DNA of 51,164 nt from Girardia tigrina (Eukaryota): the NCBI GenBank assembly GCA_001938485.1, contig MQRK01206504.1, positions 1 through 51,164 on the forward strand, written 5' to 3'. The notes beneath the pieces are model-generated. The model made no database searches. It saw only the letters and a list, made by a program, of their open reading frames with translations, and was not told the origin of the DNA. Of this stretch, positions 1 through 11,859 are shown piece after piece; position 1 is the first letter of the stretch, and the number at the start of each line of letters is the position of its first letter. Made by a program: the position numbers and the translations under genes.

Positions 1-95
1 GTAACCGCGACCGTTGCTATGGTAATCGCGACCGTTGCCATGGTAACCACGATAACAGGTATCGTTGCCATGGTTTCCTGGGGGGGGTGGTCGAC
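1..95. repeat. 21-bp degenerate tandem repeat containing X-box (RFX)-like palindromes; truncated at window start
   Basis: Units ccgttgctatggtaatcgcga / ccgttgccatggtaaccacga; GTTGCCATGGTAAC at 34-47. The same repeat family recurs at 7175-7602. Confidence 0.75.
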
Positions 96-1541
96 AGAAT
101 GCCCATTTTCATACTACTTTTCTCTTCTTTTCTTTTTCAGTTTTCATATTATCTTCACATTTTCCATCATTTCTATCATGTTCACCATTTAGTATACAAA
201 TCTCCAGAGAAATATTTTCATACATATCATCAAACATACAATCACACAGACATTCATACATTTACATTTACTTCCTAATGTATCACACTGATCACTTCTC
301 CCTGTGATCGTGCATCCTTATTTCCCTGCTCGTCTCTGAATTTCCTATTATTCGTGAAGTAATGTCTTCTTGTAACATCTTCCCTTCTATCTGTTCTTTC
401 GGACATTCTGCCCCATTCCTCATTTCGTTTTCCTAATTAAGCCACTGAATAGTTTATATTTGTCTTTGAACTTCGCTCTCCATATTTCATATTCGAATAA
501 TTTCTCCTGTCATCTCTTCCAGTCTTTCCGTTGTCCCGTATCCATTGCTCCCGTTCTCTGAATCAATTTGGATTTTCATAGATTTGTATTCTTACGTACC
601 CTTTTTTATTACAGTGGTTGCACCTGATGTTTGGGCATTCTCTTCTCACATGACCTTCTTCGTAGCATGCCCGACAGTAAATTTTTCTTGTTTGGAAATA
701 TCTCTTCCTTTCTTCTATTATTCTTTTTTCGTTTTTTGGTCTTGGCTATCATCTCTTATGTTCGACTGTTCTCTATTCGTTGTCTCTTTTTGTGGTGTAC
801 GCATCCACCCTTATATCTTTACTCTTTGATTCGAATTCGTATATTTTCTTCTATATACATTCGATATCCTCAGCTTTTGAGATATCTCTCAAAGCTATTT
901 CTTTCTTCACTTGTCTCTATGAATGAATGCTGTCCCTAGAAAGACTCTTCTTTCTGAGAATCCCATGATCTTCGCATATCTGCCGAAGCTCTTTAAGAAT
1001 TCCTAAACTTTTGACTCAGATCTTTCAAATATATCTGGACCTCTAATGTTCGGAGTCACGTGGTCGTTGGTCGCCATATTAAGAACAGTAATTGGGTTTT
1101 CTTTACATTTATTAATATTACAATTTGAATTGTCACTAGAACGATTCTCCGTAAAACTTACGTATTTCGTCATCGTTCTTGATTGATAATCTTTAATAAT
1201 ATTCTTTAACGCCTTATTATTAAACCAAATTTATTAATAAATTACAATTTAATTATTACAAAAATAATTTATATTTTAAATTATAATTTAATTATTACAA
1301 AAATATTGATGCTTTAAATTTAAAATAATTTTTATTTATTTTAAGAAAATATTATTAAAATATTATTTATGAAATTTTATTTTAATTTTAAAGTGATTAT
1401 TTAAATTTTAATAATTGATTAAACAACTCGACGTTTTAAAATATTTAAAATATCAATCTTCCATCTGGGTGGGAGAAACACAATCGTAAAACAGAATACC
1501 AAACAACACACAATAAACACCATTCAAAAATATTCCTCACA
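96..1541 (-). mobile_element. Gypsy LTR retrotransposon relic, family A (LTR 1077-1541, PBS, frameshifted gag)
   Basis: The minus strand starts TGTGAGGAATATT (1541) and ends ...CTTAATA directly before PBS TGGCGACCA (1068-1076). gag begins MATNDH and has tandem zinc knuckles CRACYEEGHVRREC/CNHCNKKG near 600-676. Confidence 0.75.
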
Positions 1542-2847
1542 AAAGTTTCAATAACATTTTTATAGTTTTAAAATAATACTAAATTAAAGATTTCAAAACT
1601 TATAAAATTTATAATTAATTTAAATATATTTGTATTTACAATTTATTTAGATATTATTGGTTTGTGCAATGTTATATTGTTTTAAAAAATAAGTTTCAAA
1701 AATGTCTTATGAAGTTTTATCAGAACACAATTACGAACCTAACAGTTATAGTAATAAGTATTTGTACTATGAACTCAAACGTTGATCACAAACCCAAAAA
1801 TAATTATACAGATTCAACAGTGAAATAATAATCATTTTTAATTTATTTTATATTTATATTAATTTTTTCAAACTTAATATCTTTTAGAATTCTCATTTGT
1901 AATTTGGGTATCATTTCTTTTTTACATTTATATTCATATTTTATGAGATTTTTATTTATTTTAATATTTCAATAAATATTAATTAATTAACGAAATTAAT
2001 CCATCGATTTTATTTTAAATATATGTGATATCGAGCGATACCGAAGATGACAGCTTCATTGAAAAAAAGAATTAAAATTGGCATAGGAAAACAAAGCAAT
2101 TTTTAATCCCATTCCTCCATTCCGTTATGATACAAACTCTAATAACCTGAAAATGGAAAATTGTGAGTAGTTTTAATTAATCACTAACTGGAACACAGCT
2201 TAGTACCATCCACAATTCCTTCTGATACAGTTATAAGCCGTGGTCATGATCACAAACACTACTGATTATCTTCCGACCCAGACTTAGATATATATTAGAT
2301 GCTTATTAATTATAAGCTGCACTCAACAGTAATGAAAAAGTATTGCAAATACTTAGTTGTGTCACGGGGTTTATGATTCCCTTCTTTCGTCAGCGACTAA
2401 CGACTCAGATAGTTCGAATCAGATCAACAGACAATTAAACAGAATTTAAGAAATAGGTCTTCTAACAACGAAAAAAGAAGAAATGACAAGGAGATAAACA
2501 TCCGGTAGAGACCGAAGTTTTAGGAAGACTATGACGGGGATGTAGATTTGATTGCAGATGAATCTAATGTGGGATGTAGAAATTGCATTAAAATATTTTT
2601 AACGAATATTTTTTTAATATTAAAATATTTTCTTATTAGCAAATATTCAATGTATAAAAAAGATATTGTTTCTGTATTTGAAATAAAATTTAATTAACTT
2701 AATGTTATATGTGGTGGGACGTTCCTCCGGAATGGACGAAATGGAATGCTGAATTGAAAACATTTATGTGATTTTAAAGAAAATAAACTTGAAAAAAGAT
2801 GGCAATTTTTATTAAAAACAAATAAACGCCATTTAAAAATATATTTT

Positions 2848-2890
2848 AGGATAATATATTTTGATGGTTTAACCGTCATCATCAGATCAC
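2848..2890 (-). ncRNA. Degenerate minimal type I hammerhead ribozyme (PLE-type)
   Basis: gtgat-CTGATGA-tgacggttaaaccatc-AAAA-tatatt-atc. The GAAA core is mutated to AAAA; homologous to 8773-8815. Confidence 0.55.
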
Positions 2891-3377
2891 TGATTATGTT
2901 CTTTTTTTTATTGCTTTTATATAAGAAATGGATGATTATGTAATCACTTACGTAAGTCTAATCGAAAACTCTTAACAAATTAGTTGAGAGTGCTGTTTGA
3001 ACATTGATTTTAGGATCACATNNNNNNNNNNNNNNNNNNNNNNNNNNNNNNNNNNNNNNNNNNNNNNNNNNNNNNNNNNNNNNNNNNNNNNNNNNNNNNN
3101 NNNNNNNNNNNNNNNNNNNNNNNNNNNNNNNNNNNNNNNNNNNNNNNNNNNNNNNNNNNNNNNNNNNNNNNNNNNNNNNNNNNNNNNNNNNNNNNNNNNN
3201 NNNNNCAACTTTAAATGATTGAGAAATAATTTTTAAATTTAAAATGTTATCTGTTGATTTCAAGATCGAATTCTTGAGGTGTTTAAAACCCTCGGAGTAA
3301 GGTAAGCTTAGAGTATACCCAGGTTTATCAATACTAATGTAATGGGTGCATTTAATTTTAAAATATTGAATAATCAT
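2848..3377 (-). mobile_element. Penelope-like element 3' end (RT-linker/GIY-YIG tail plus hammerhead), spans an N gap
   Basis: YTLSLPYSEGFKHL resembles the PLE linker; PKINVQTALSTNLLRVFD* resembles the PxLNxQ...LxxF C-terminus of PLE GIY-YIG ORFs; a hammerhead-like motif lies ~70 nt downstream. Confidence 0.6.
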
Positions 3378-3713
3378 ATTAACACAAAAATATTTTACCC
3401 TTTAAATTAAAAAAATAATAAATTATTCAGGCGAGATAAAAATTTAAATTAACCCCTCATACTTTTGATCACGATAATTAATGGAAATCAAAAAAAAGTG
3501 AAACGAAAATTAATTAGGAATAAGTTATCATTTAAAAGACAAAAAAGGAAATGGTAAACATGTTTTCAATGTTACATTCTTAAGAGAATCTGAATAGACA
3601 GATGATATAACTCACACAAGAGAATCTGTGCGAGGAATATGAAATTATAAAAAAGGAATTTGTATGGCGACTATTGTGGATTAGTTTCAGAGAATTAAAA
3701 ATTACATAAAAAA

Positions 3714-4294
3714 GATTAAGTGATAAATAATGTCCAGCAACACAAAAAACTTTAATAATTTATTAATGTTCTCAAAGTCAACTCTCAAATATTATAATTA
3801 TTGTAAAACTAGGCTTGTCTTTCGGAAAACTCTCAGCAAAGCTTTCGTAATTCGACATCGTTCTAAATTGATAAATTTTAGTTAATGTTTTTAATAAAAT
3901 ATTATTCGAACAAATTTTTCATTATTTTCAAATTTTATTTTTAAAGTTCAAATTTTGTAATTTTAGTAATAATTTTATCTACATATTAATTTTATTTAAA
4001 AAATGATTTTATTTAAAGCAAGAATATTTATTTAATTTAAAACTTAGTTAAAAGTTATTTACTTTATTTAAATTTTTAATATTAAAATTTGAAACGATTT
4101 GATATTTTTAAAGTTTTTTAAATATCTTATGCTGTACTTTAAAATGCAAATTATACTCGAATAATTATCTATCGTGAACATCTAAAATATCAATTTTCTA
4201 TCTGGGTGGGAGAAACACATTTCCAAATACTAAACTCAACATACAAAATTCAACAAACCAATTTCAACATACCAAATTTAAAATATTCCTCACA
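3714..4294 (-). mobile_element. Solo LTR, Gypsy family A
   Basis: Shares the terminus aatattcctcaca and the internal atctgggtgggagaaacac motif with 1077-1541. The left boundary is inferred by alignment; no clear TSD. Confidence 0.65.
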
Positions 4295-4724
4295 GTGACA
4301 TAAAGTCAAGTAAGAATAGACTTATTTAACAATCAAACTAGTCTTTCCTGACTAATATTTTATCATAACAACAACTATAAAAGTATGCTTAATAATCCTC
4401 TATAGATTATTCTTTTATTATTATTTCAATAACAATATTACTTATTCAATTAACTCTATTTTACCAGGTCCTACTACTTTTATCAATCTTGTTGTTTCAT
4501 ATTAACTCTTTCATCGTTATCTGTTTGCCATTATCTGGTTAATTAATATACGGTTAATATTAATTATAAATCTATTATTTTGTATTTATATAAAATTGGG
4601 CTTACATGTTCTGAAGTTATATCCCAACCAGTCAGCTTACTTTTAGAGTTATTATAATAATGTTTGAATATATTTTTTATATAATAATAAATCAAATCAA
4701 TTATTAAAGGTTTTATTAATTATA

Positions 4725-4995
4725 TTATCGTGGATGTTGGTAATTGCTTCTAATCAACCGACTCAGTGCAATATTGTATTGTCTGTGGACCTTCAGATAT
4801 TGTCTCAGCACCTGCGAGAATCTCGGATTTCCGTCTTCTAAAAGTAAAATTTTATTTTAATATATTAATAATCAATTAAACCGTACTGGAAACATGGCCT
4901 TGTCTTCGTCTTCTTAATTCTAATCCGTCTACATTTCCAAAAGATATGTAGAATACCAAAATTATCAAACAAAACAATATTTGTTTTCTGCTCAT
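4725..4995 (-). CDS. Two-exon small secreted peptide precursor, copy A (73 aa); exons 4995-4887 and 4837-4725
   Basis: Spliced: MSRKQILFCLIILVFYISFGNVDG-LELRRRR-QGHVSKDGNPRFSQVLRQYLKVHRQYNIALSRLIRSNYQHPR*. 49-nt intron GTACGG...TTTTAG (4886-4838), hydrophobic signal peptide, upstream TATAAA, AATAAA just after the stop; the frame is preserved in the paralog. Confidence 0.75.
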
Positions 4996-5876
4996 TGTTT
5001 TACTTAAGAAGTTTAAGAATTAATAAAATAATTCAATATTTATATAATATATATGCATTTGTATCATATGTCCCAAATGACACTTCATTGTTAACAACAA
5101 ACTCGTACACATACATTCACACATGTTCAAGAATTCATTCAATTATTTTTCATTTCTTTTTTATTTATACATTTTTTAAATAATTATAAAAAGTCTTAAT
5201 AAAATAGAGTAATTACATATGTATTTTTGTAATTTATAAAATTTCCCTTCCAAAGGCCCCTATTGAGATTGCGGAGGATCTAAGTTATGTTTTGATGATG
5301 CAACTGCTGAGAATTTTAACCTTCATATTTTTGTCTTTTATAGTCAGACTGTAAATAAAAAAATCAATTGTCTAATTCACTAACAATTAAATCTTTTATT
5401 ATTTAAAATTTATATAACAAACAAAGTCTAACGAATAATTAATCTCTGGTATAGATATTAATATATATTATGTAACAATTTTAATAAATATACAAGAATA
5501 AATATTTTTTAATGATTACTGAAAGTTAATAGCTAAAGTCAGTAAATGATGAATCAAATGGGTGATTGGAACGACAACCAATACCAAATGATGATAATTA
5601 CGATGGTAAAAATTTATTAAATGTCTATCAATGATTTACTTTTACTAGTTGGTATCCAAAAAAACGAATATCAGCCTCAGTACTTTTATTCGATGAATAA
5701 ATTTTATTCGGAAGATTTGGTGAAAAGACGAATTTGAGTCACATTTTTATACCTGGATTAGCTTTTTGTTTCGACGTAATAAATGTAAATCTGAATTTGG
5801 TATTTGAATTGATGTAATAAATGTCAAATAATAAATTTTCTAACTGATTCTTGTCGTTTTTTAATGTTTAATTTCA

Positions 5877-7030
5877 GATTTGTTTAACATACGTCCGCTT
5901 CGTGTCCAAAGTTTTTACATTTTTTACATACGATATTCTTGCACTCGCGTTGGATGTAACCTTCTTTCCCACATCCATAGACGTAACTTTCCTTTCTCTT
6001 TTACATTCCTGGCTTTTCTGTGCTACTTCTTTAAAGTTCCAGGATATGATGTGGTTTCTCATTGATATTCTTTTCTCAGACGTTTCTCCTTTCGCTATAG
6101 TGGTTCCTTTTCTTACTGCATCTCTGCACGTTGGCCTTTCTGAGTGTACTGGTTTTCCGATCTTCGTATTTCATCCATTTTCTTCATGATGTTTTTCACA
6201 TCCGTTGTCTCTTTCTTCTCTATTTTTTTTCCTTCTTCACATCACTGTCTTTCAACCCGTGAATCTGAAGGCATATTTTAATTTCATCCGTCTATTTGTG
6301 TTTAGTCAGCTTTACTGCTAACTTCTCTGCTTTTGCCGAATATTCTTCAGCTGATTCTTCCGACCTTTCGAAGTTAAGAGCTTCTTCTAAATCTTCTATC
6401 ATTGTAATCTTCCTTTGGAAGGATTCTCAAAGACAAGTTTCATAATTGTTCACTTCAGCTAATATCCCTTCGTATATTGTTCGCAATTCGTGGTATAATA
6501 ATCACCAATATTTCTAGAATATTCTCTGGAATCTTGGCCACTTTGAAATATCTGACGCAAGATGAAATGAATATCTCAAAGTCGTCTTGTTTACAGTATT
6601 GCTCCGGTAATAATCGCGATATCAGTTGACCTGAATTACTGGCTATGGTCGCCATATTGTGTTCGAGGTTCTATTGCGATGAAATTTCCGAAAAAGACAT
6701 TTTTGAAACTTTCATTTCATAACAAAAATAAACATATTATTTAAACAAGTTTTGTCTAAGTTAATTTCTGAGGAATGATTTTTAATTTTTCGTGCATAAA
6801 CCAATGATATCTAATTAATTATAAATATAAAAATATATTAATTTATTATTTTTGAAATTTTATATTGTATTTAACGTTTTAATTTAAAAACTATTATAAA
6901 CATAAATACGTTTTTCGTTTCTCTGATTTTAATAATGCCTATTTTTAATTATCTACGCTTAAATTACATTCACTCCGGCTCCGGTCTCCAAAAACAATTC
7001 ACCTTTATATCTTTTACTTAAAAATCCATA
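5877..7030 (-). mobile_element. Gypsy relic: decayed gag with CCHC knuckles, PBS and upstream LTR-like sequence
   Basis: ...ACAATA|TGGCGACCA PBS near 6655; gag MATIASNSG...DDFEIFISSCVRYF; knuckles CGKEGYIQREC and CKKCKNFGHEADVC near 5880-5975. The outer LTR boundary is approximate. Confidence 0.7.
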
Positions 7031-7174
7031 CTTGGACTTATTATATATTCTTTATAGTTTATCTTAAACTTTGATATATTTCTGTTGTATCATTTATCAT
7101 TAATCATTACAAAATTTTAGAGTTTTGTGTTTATTTAAATTTGAGTTTTCTAAAAAAGTCCAATATTCTATTTC

Positions 7175-7602
7175 ATGGTTACCGTTACCATGGTTACAAT
7201 CGACTTGAATCACTGTATCCGTTGCTAATAAAAAATGTCCCTTGGTTACCGTTGCTAAGGTGATCGGAACAATTGCTAGGGTAATCGGAGCCGTTGCTAG
7301 GGAAATCGGAACTGTTGCTAGGTAATTCGGACCCGTTGCTGTGGTAACCGCGACCTTGGAAACGACTTCTCCACGTTTGGTAACTTATATCCATTGCTAT
7401 GGCAACCAGTAACCCATCGCAACGATATGAGATTTCGACCTCTCCACCCGGGGGGATGTCGATAACACATAAATATCTTTTACCATGGCTACAGACATGT
7501 TTATATATTGGTTACTGTACCGATTTCCATAGTAACCGAGCTATTTCATAGGTTACCCTGGTCCGTTGTCATGGTGACGTCACCGTTTTCATGGTAATCA
7601 TG
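7175..7602. repeat. Array of 21-bp degenerate repeats with X-box-like motifs
   Basis: ccgttgctagggtaatcggaa-like units at ~7249-7352, plus scattered gttaccatggttac, attgctatggcaac, gttgtcatggtgac and gttttcatggtaat. Confidence 0.75.
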
Positions 7603-7677
7603 ATTATTGGAAAAATTATTGATTGATGTAGAACTCTCATTTTCCCCCTACTATAAAAACAATTTAAAAATTTAAAT

Positions 7678-8703
7678 AATTATGATTATGCAAACAAATA
7701 TATTTTTGTTTAACTAAACCTTTCAAATTATCGTTGTTTGTTGTTTTTTTCTTTCAATCGTATTAACACAACAAAATTATCTCCGTCAAATGTCCATTAA
7801 AATTTTCTAATTTATTTTCTTTTTTCAATCGTTTGACTTTCTCGATTCATCGCAAGAGATTCTCAACAAGTCGAAGTGTAACGCGACGAATATCTTCGAA
7901 GAAAGCTATCTGATCGAATGTTTCGGAATGACGTATTTCCACACCTATTTCATCGCACATTTCCGTAAAGATTGTCATTTGTTTCTGTATTTCCGATACG
8001 ACTAGACGATTTCTCACAGTCAAATATTCACTCTCAACTCAACATCGTTTTTCAAAGAAAATTTTTCTCATTTGACATTTGATAAGATCGTAAGGCAATT
8101 GAGTTGTATCGACGTGATCAATCGAAATTTTCTTGCGTACGTTTTTGGTAGTGATTAAACAAAACCGAAACGATATTGGAGTTTTTTTATTACAAACAGC
8201 CGTTGTTTGAGGGACCTTAAGAACGATCAATTCCGATGGATTTTCCAATTGAGATATTAAGACTTTAGCTTCAAAGGATTGAAAAATATTGACGATAGCG
8301 AAACGTCTCGGATTTGCTCAAGGAGTCATTCGAGATGAATTGACCTGTGATCCCTTCGTCATATTGCACCACTTATCAAACTTCAGATTATCTCTACCAG
8401 AGAGGCTTCAATCAACACAAACTTGATGGTAAATTCATCGCACAGATCCCACAACTCACATTCATCCACTTCTATTTAACTAACTTAGGATGTTTAATTA
8501 TTCTGTTTAAATTACAATTTTGACATCTGTCTACAAAGGTCTTTACGTCTATAGCATTGTAGGTATGGTTAAAAAAGACTGAATGTTAAAAAGATATGAA
8601 TGTTAAAATTCTCAGCAGTTGCATCATCAAAACATCCTCCGTAATCTGAAGAGGGGTCTATTGTAGTTAAATTTTATAAATTACAAAAATACATATTTAA
8701 TTA
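7678..8703. pseudogene. Copy 1 of a ~1-kb coding-like block of unknown identity (direct repeat of 16642-17668)
   Basis: About 83-90% identical by eye to 16642-17668, nearly indel-free over ~700 nt, stop-depleted in one register on both strands; coding strand unresolved. Confidence 0.5.
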
Positions 8704-8772
8704 TTGATAAAACGAAGTCCGGCTGAAAATCTTCTTTTGATAACCAAAGTCATCCATTAAAAAATATATTTT

Positions 8773-8815
8773 ACGACAATATATTTCGACGGATCTACCG
8801 TCATCTTCAGGTCAC
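8773..8815 (-). ncRNA. Minimal type I hammerhead ribozyme (Penelope-type)
   Basis: gtgac-CTGAAGA-t-GACGG-tagat-CCGTC-GAAA-tatatt-gtcgt: intact core, 5-bp stem II, palindromic AATATATT stem III, stem I gtgac/gtcgt, AUU cleavage triplet. Confidence 0.75.
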
Positions 8816-9956
8816 TAATTAATAATCTAGAATTAACTCCGATTGCTCTTCTGAGACTTTTTAGATCACCTTCTTGTAGTAGCTGAATATATTTTGCAGT
8901 ATTTTACCTCGGTGGCCTCGTTTTGTAAAGAGTTTATTTTTTGTTATCGTAACAAATATTTATCCACAACAGGTTTATGAACCCATAGAGGGATGAATGT
9001 TTTCTGTAGGTCTCCAATTCGGTTGTCGTTTTTGTCAACTAGTCATTCAGCTTGACACGTTCTTCTTTCTATTTCTACCACTCTAGAAGCTGTTCTTTTT
9101 GTTGCTCTTCGCTTTCATTAATTTTTCTATTTATGTTGAATAATCACGATGAGTGGATTACAATTGAAAGAAAAAAGATTTAAAAAACAACAACACAAAA
9201 AATAATTGATGGAAACAGAGAGAAACGAAATCTCTTCTAGAAATGAAACTTGGCAAGGACTTCCTCAAACTTTCAGGTAGTCAATAGTCCCGACGTTTAT
9301 TTAAAGACTTTATAAGCACTTATCGTTATCTATTAACAGATCGCAGTCAACAAATTACCTCAAAATCTATTCATATTCCCTACCTGATCGTCAATAGTCT
9401 CGGCAGGAACTATAAGCCCCTACTGTTATTTATCGACAGATCGGCAGCCTTGAGGACGTTCCCCAACCTCCATGAACTCCAAAAAAAGAAATAAAATCTA
9501 AAAATTATCTAATTCCAAAACAATATTTTCAATAAAATTTATTCAATGAAAAAGTCTGTCCAGTCTACAAATTTGGATGAATTTATACAGTTTCCCTTTA
9601 CAGAAAATCTCACAAAGCCCATAATTGGACAATTCTCACAGTCAATCTTCAATCATCCATCACTAAATCAACAGTCCTCAGACAAAAACAACTCAGATGC
9701 GGTGAAAATTACGATCAAACCCACGTCAACAAATCAAATCGTCAAATCTCACAAGAAAATATTTAATTCGACAAAATCCAAGAGTGAAAATCAATTAAAA
9801 GTTTCTTTTTTATTAAATTAATATTATAAATTAAATTTACAATCTTTTATTTTTCAATTCTTAGGTTCTAGGAGTTTTATTCTTTGCTCGCTTCGGTGCC
9901 GGTGCAACGAATAGCCCCGAGACTGAGTTTAAGAAAAGACTCATTGGTCCCAACAA

Positions 9957-11859
9957 TTATTTTTTCCAATCCGGTAAAATGTTCGGTCTAACAATTAATT
10001 AAATTACGCTCTATTCGGTAAGGCTTGTTATCACGTATATTAAAAATTAAATCGATGGATTAATTTCCTAAATTAATTAACATTTATTTAAATTTGATAA
10101 TGAATAAAAATATGAATGTAAATGCAAAAAGATATCATACCAAAATTAGATATCAGAATTCTGAAATATATTTAAGTCTATTAATTTTAAAATTAAGTTT
10201 GAAAAAAAATTAAAAGCAATATAAATTAAGTTATTAATAATTATTATTTGATTGTTGAATCTTTATAATTTATATTTATAATTTATTCTAAAATTTTCTT
10301 TATTTATTTAAAAAAAAGTGTTTATTTTGATTACAAAATTTAATTTTCTTTTTGTAACCTAACTTCGACATTTTTCGGATCATATATGGCGTATGAACTG
10401 CTTACAAAATATCCTGGTTCCGGTTCAATGATTTTATGTTTTATAAAATTATTTTCAACATCCATTACCATTTCATTCCAATTCTTCGCTTTGTCATCTT
10501 TTAAAAAGGTTGTTATTCTTAAAATATTATTTACATTGAAATTTCTTTTTGGCCACTTCATTATTATTTTACCTTTTTTACAGATTGAAATTTTATTTGA
10601 TTTATTAAATTTTTGCGATTTTGAATATTTTTGTGAATATTTAATATAATTGAAAGATTCATTTGCTAATCTCTGTTCAAAATTGTCTAAAATTTGAGAT
10701 AAAGAAATATGTTTTGAATATGATATTCGTGGATGACTTTTTCGTTTGAATTGAGACAATATACCTTCAATGGCATTTATATAGGATGTTTGAGAGTGTA
10801 TTGGATGAAAAGTGGAATTTCCAGTGATCCGTTTTAAGACATCATGGCCACTTGAGGGAATACTTATTGGATATTTTGATAGAGATATTTCATTAGAAAC
10901 ATTAATTTTAGAATTACCATTTTTAGATTTTTGTATAAAAGTATTTTTATGAGTATTTTTGTTTGGACATTCAGGTTTATTAATAATGGGGTTTCCATGT
11001 TTAGGTTTGATAGGATATCCGGGTTTGGGTAAGGTGTGAGAGTTTTGGGAAAAGTTTTGAGTAATTCCATAATGTTTTTGATCGTGAAATACTTTATAAT
11101 TGAAATTTGGTTTTTTATTTGTCACAGGACATTTGTAAAATTTTGTATGATGAATCATTTATTGTTTTGTTTATAAAGTAAAAGATAATTGTTTTAAACA
11201 TTTAAATGTTACATGGGTTACTAAAAATAATAAATTATTTTAATGAATATTTTTATTGGATAAAATAATTATACTTAACACATTAAAATAATAATAATTA
11301 CACATTAAACAAATTTTATTTTTTTGATTTTATAATAATTTTGGACGTTTATAAATTTTATAATTTTATTTCTTAAAAAGTAATTTAAAAATTATATTAT
11401 ATGTTAATTCCATAAACAGTTTCAATGCCCCCTGTCGAAAGATAATTAAATTCGAAAAATATATTTTTCTAAATATTTAAAAATTTTTATCCTATTTGAA
11501 AGAGTTTTTTAACTTTTAATGTTTTATTTTTATTTGCATGTTCGTAAAAAATAATTTTGAAAAGTTGATTTTATACAATTAAAAAAAATACATGAATTTG
11601 TATTTTAGACGTGAGAATTTAAAACTATACATTTTTTTATTATATATTTGTTATATTTAATTAAATCTCTTTGTAAATTCAAATTTTTAATGAAGTAATA
11701 AATATTTTTTTTAAAAAATAATAACATAAAATTTGGTATCACATGAAACATTTCACTGCTCTACGCGTATATATCTGCAAAATAAATTTCTACCCCAAAT
11801 ACTTCGAACGTATATTTTCTTTTCATGATTTAAATTAGTTTCCTGCTCAATACGACTTT
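9957..11859 (-). repeat. Left arm of a ~2-kb inverted duplication (pairs with 12549-14639; spacer ~690 bp)
   Basis: The reverse complement aligns from ttcggt/ccggtaaaatg through gtcgtattgagcaggaaac. Confidence 0.9.
10340..11158 (-). CDS. Hypothetical Lys/Asn/Pro-rich protein (272 aa), paralog of 13293-14255; 3 copies of an 8-aa PKxGxPIx repeat
   Basis: Intact ATG-TAA ORF in very AT-rich DNA; differs from the paralog only by in-frame indels; AATAAA downstream. Confidence 0.75.
   Translation of the reverse strand: MIHHTKFYKCPVTNKKPNFNYKVFHDQKHYGITQNFSQNSHTLPKPGYPIKPKHGNPIINKPECPNKNTHKNTFIQKSKNGNSKINVSNEISLSKYPISIPSSGHDVLKRITGNSTFHPIHSQTSYINAIEGILSQFKRKSHPRISYSKHISLSQILDNFEQRLANESFNYIKYSQKYSKSQKFNKSNKISICKKGKIIMKWPKRNFNVNNILRITTFLKDDKAKNWNEMVMDVENNFIKHKIIEPEPGYFVSSSYAIYDPKNVEVRLQKEN

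Noticed and set aside
2972-3222. ORFs made of X residues (also at 29900-30273 and 34661-35413)
   Set aside because: Artefacts of N gaps at 3022-3205, 29976-30163, 34786-35300 and 45431-45480.
4995-5183. ORF-track entries 4995-5183 (+) and 17671-17883 (-)
   Set aside because: They have non-ATG starts and are antisense to the promoter region of the peptide genes; conservation is explained by the duplication.
7240-7350. Regularly spaced repeats as a CRISPR array
   Set aside because: Tandem units without unique spacers, no cas genes, eukaryotic context.
7194-7394. 7-aa repeat ORF (SNGSDxP)
   Set aside because: It is a short translation of the 21-bp minisatellite with no gene context; not called as a CDS.
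9546-9821. 91-aa Ser/Thr/Asn/Lys-rich ORF and nearby degenerate direct repeats (9278-9450)
   Set aside because: Low complexity, no motif and no paralog in the window; cannot be supported as a gene.
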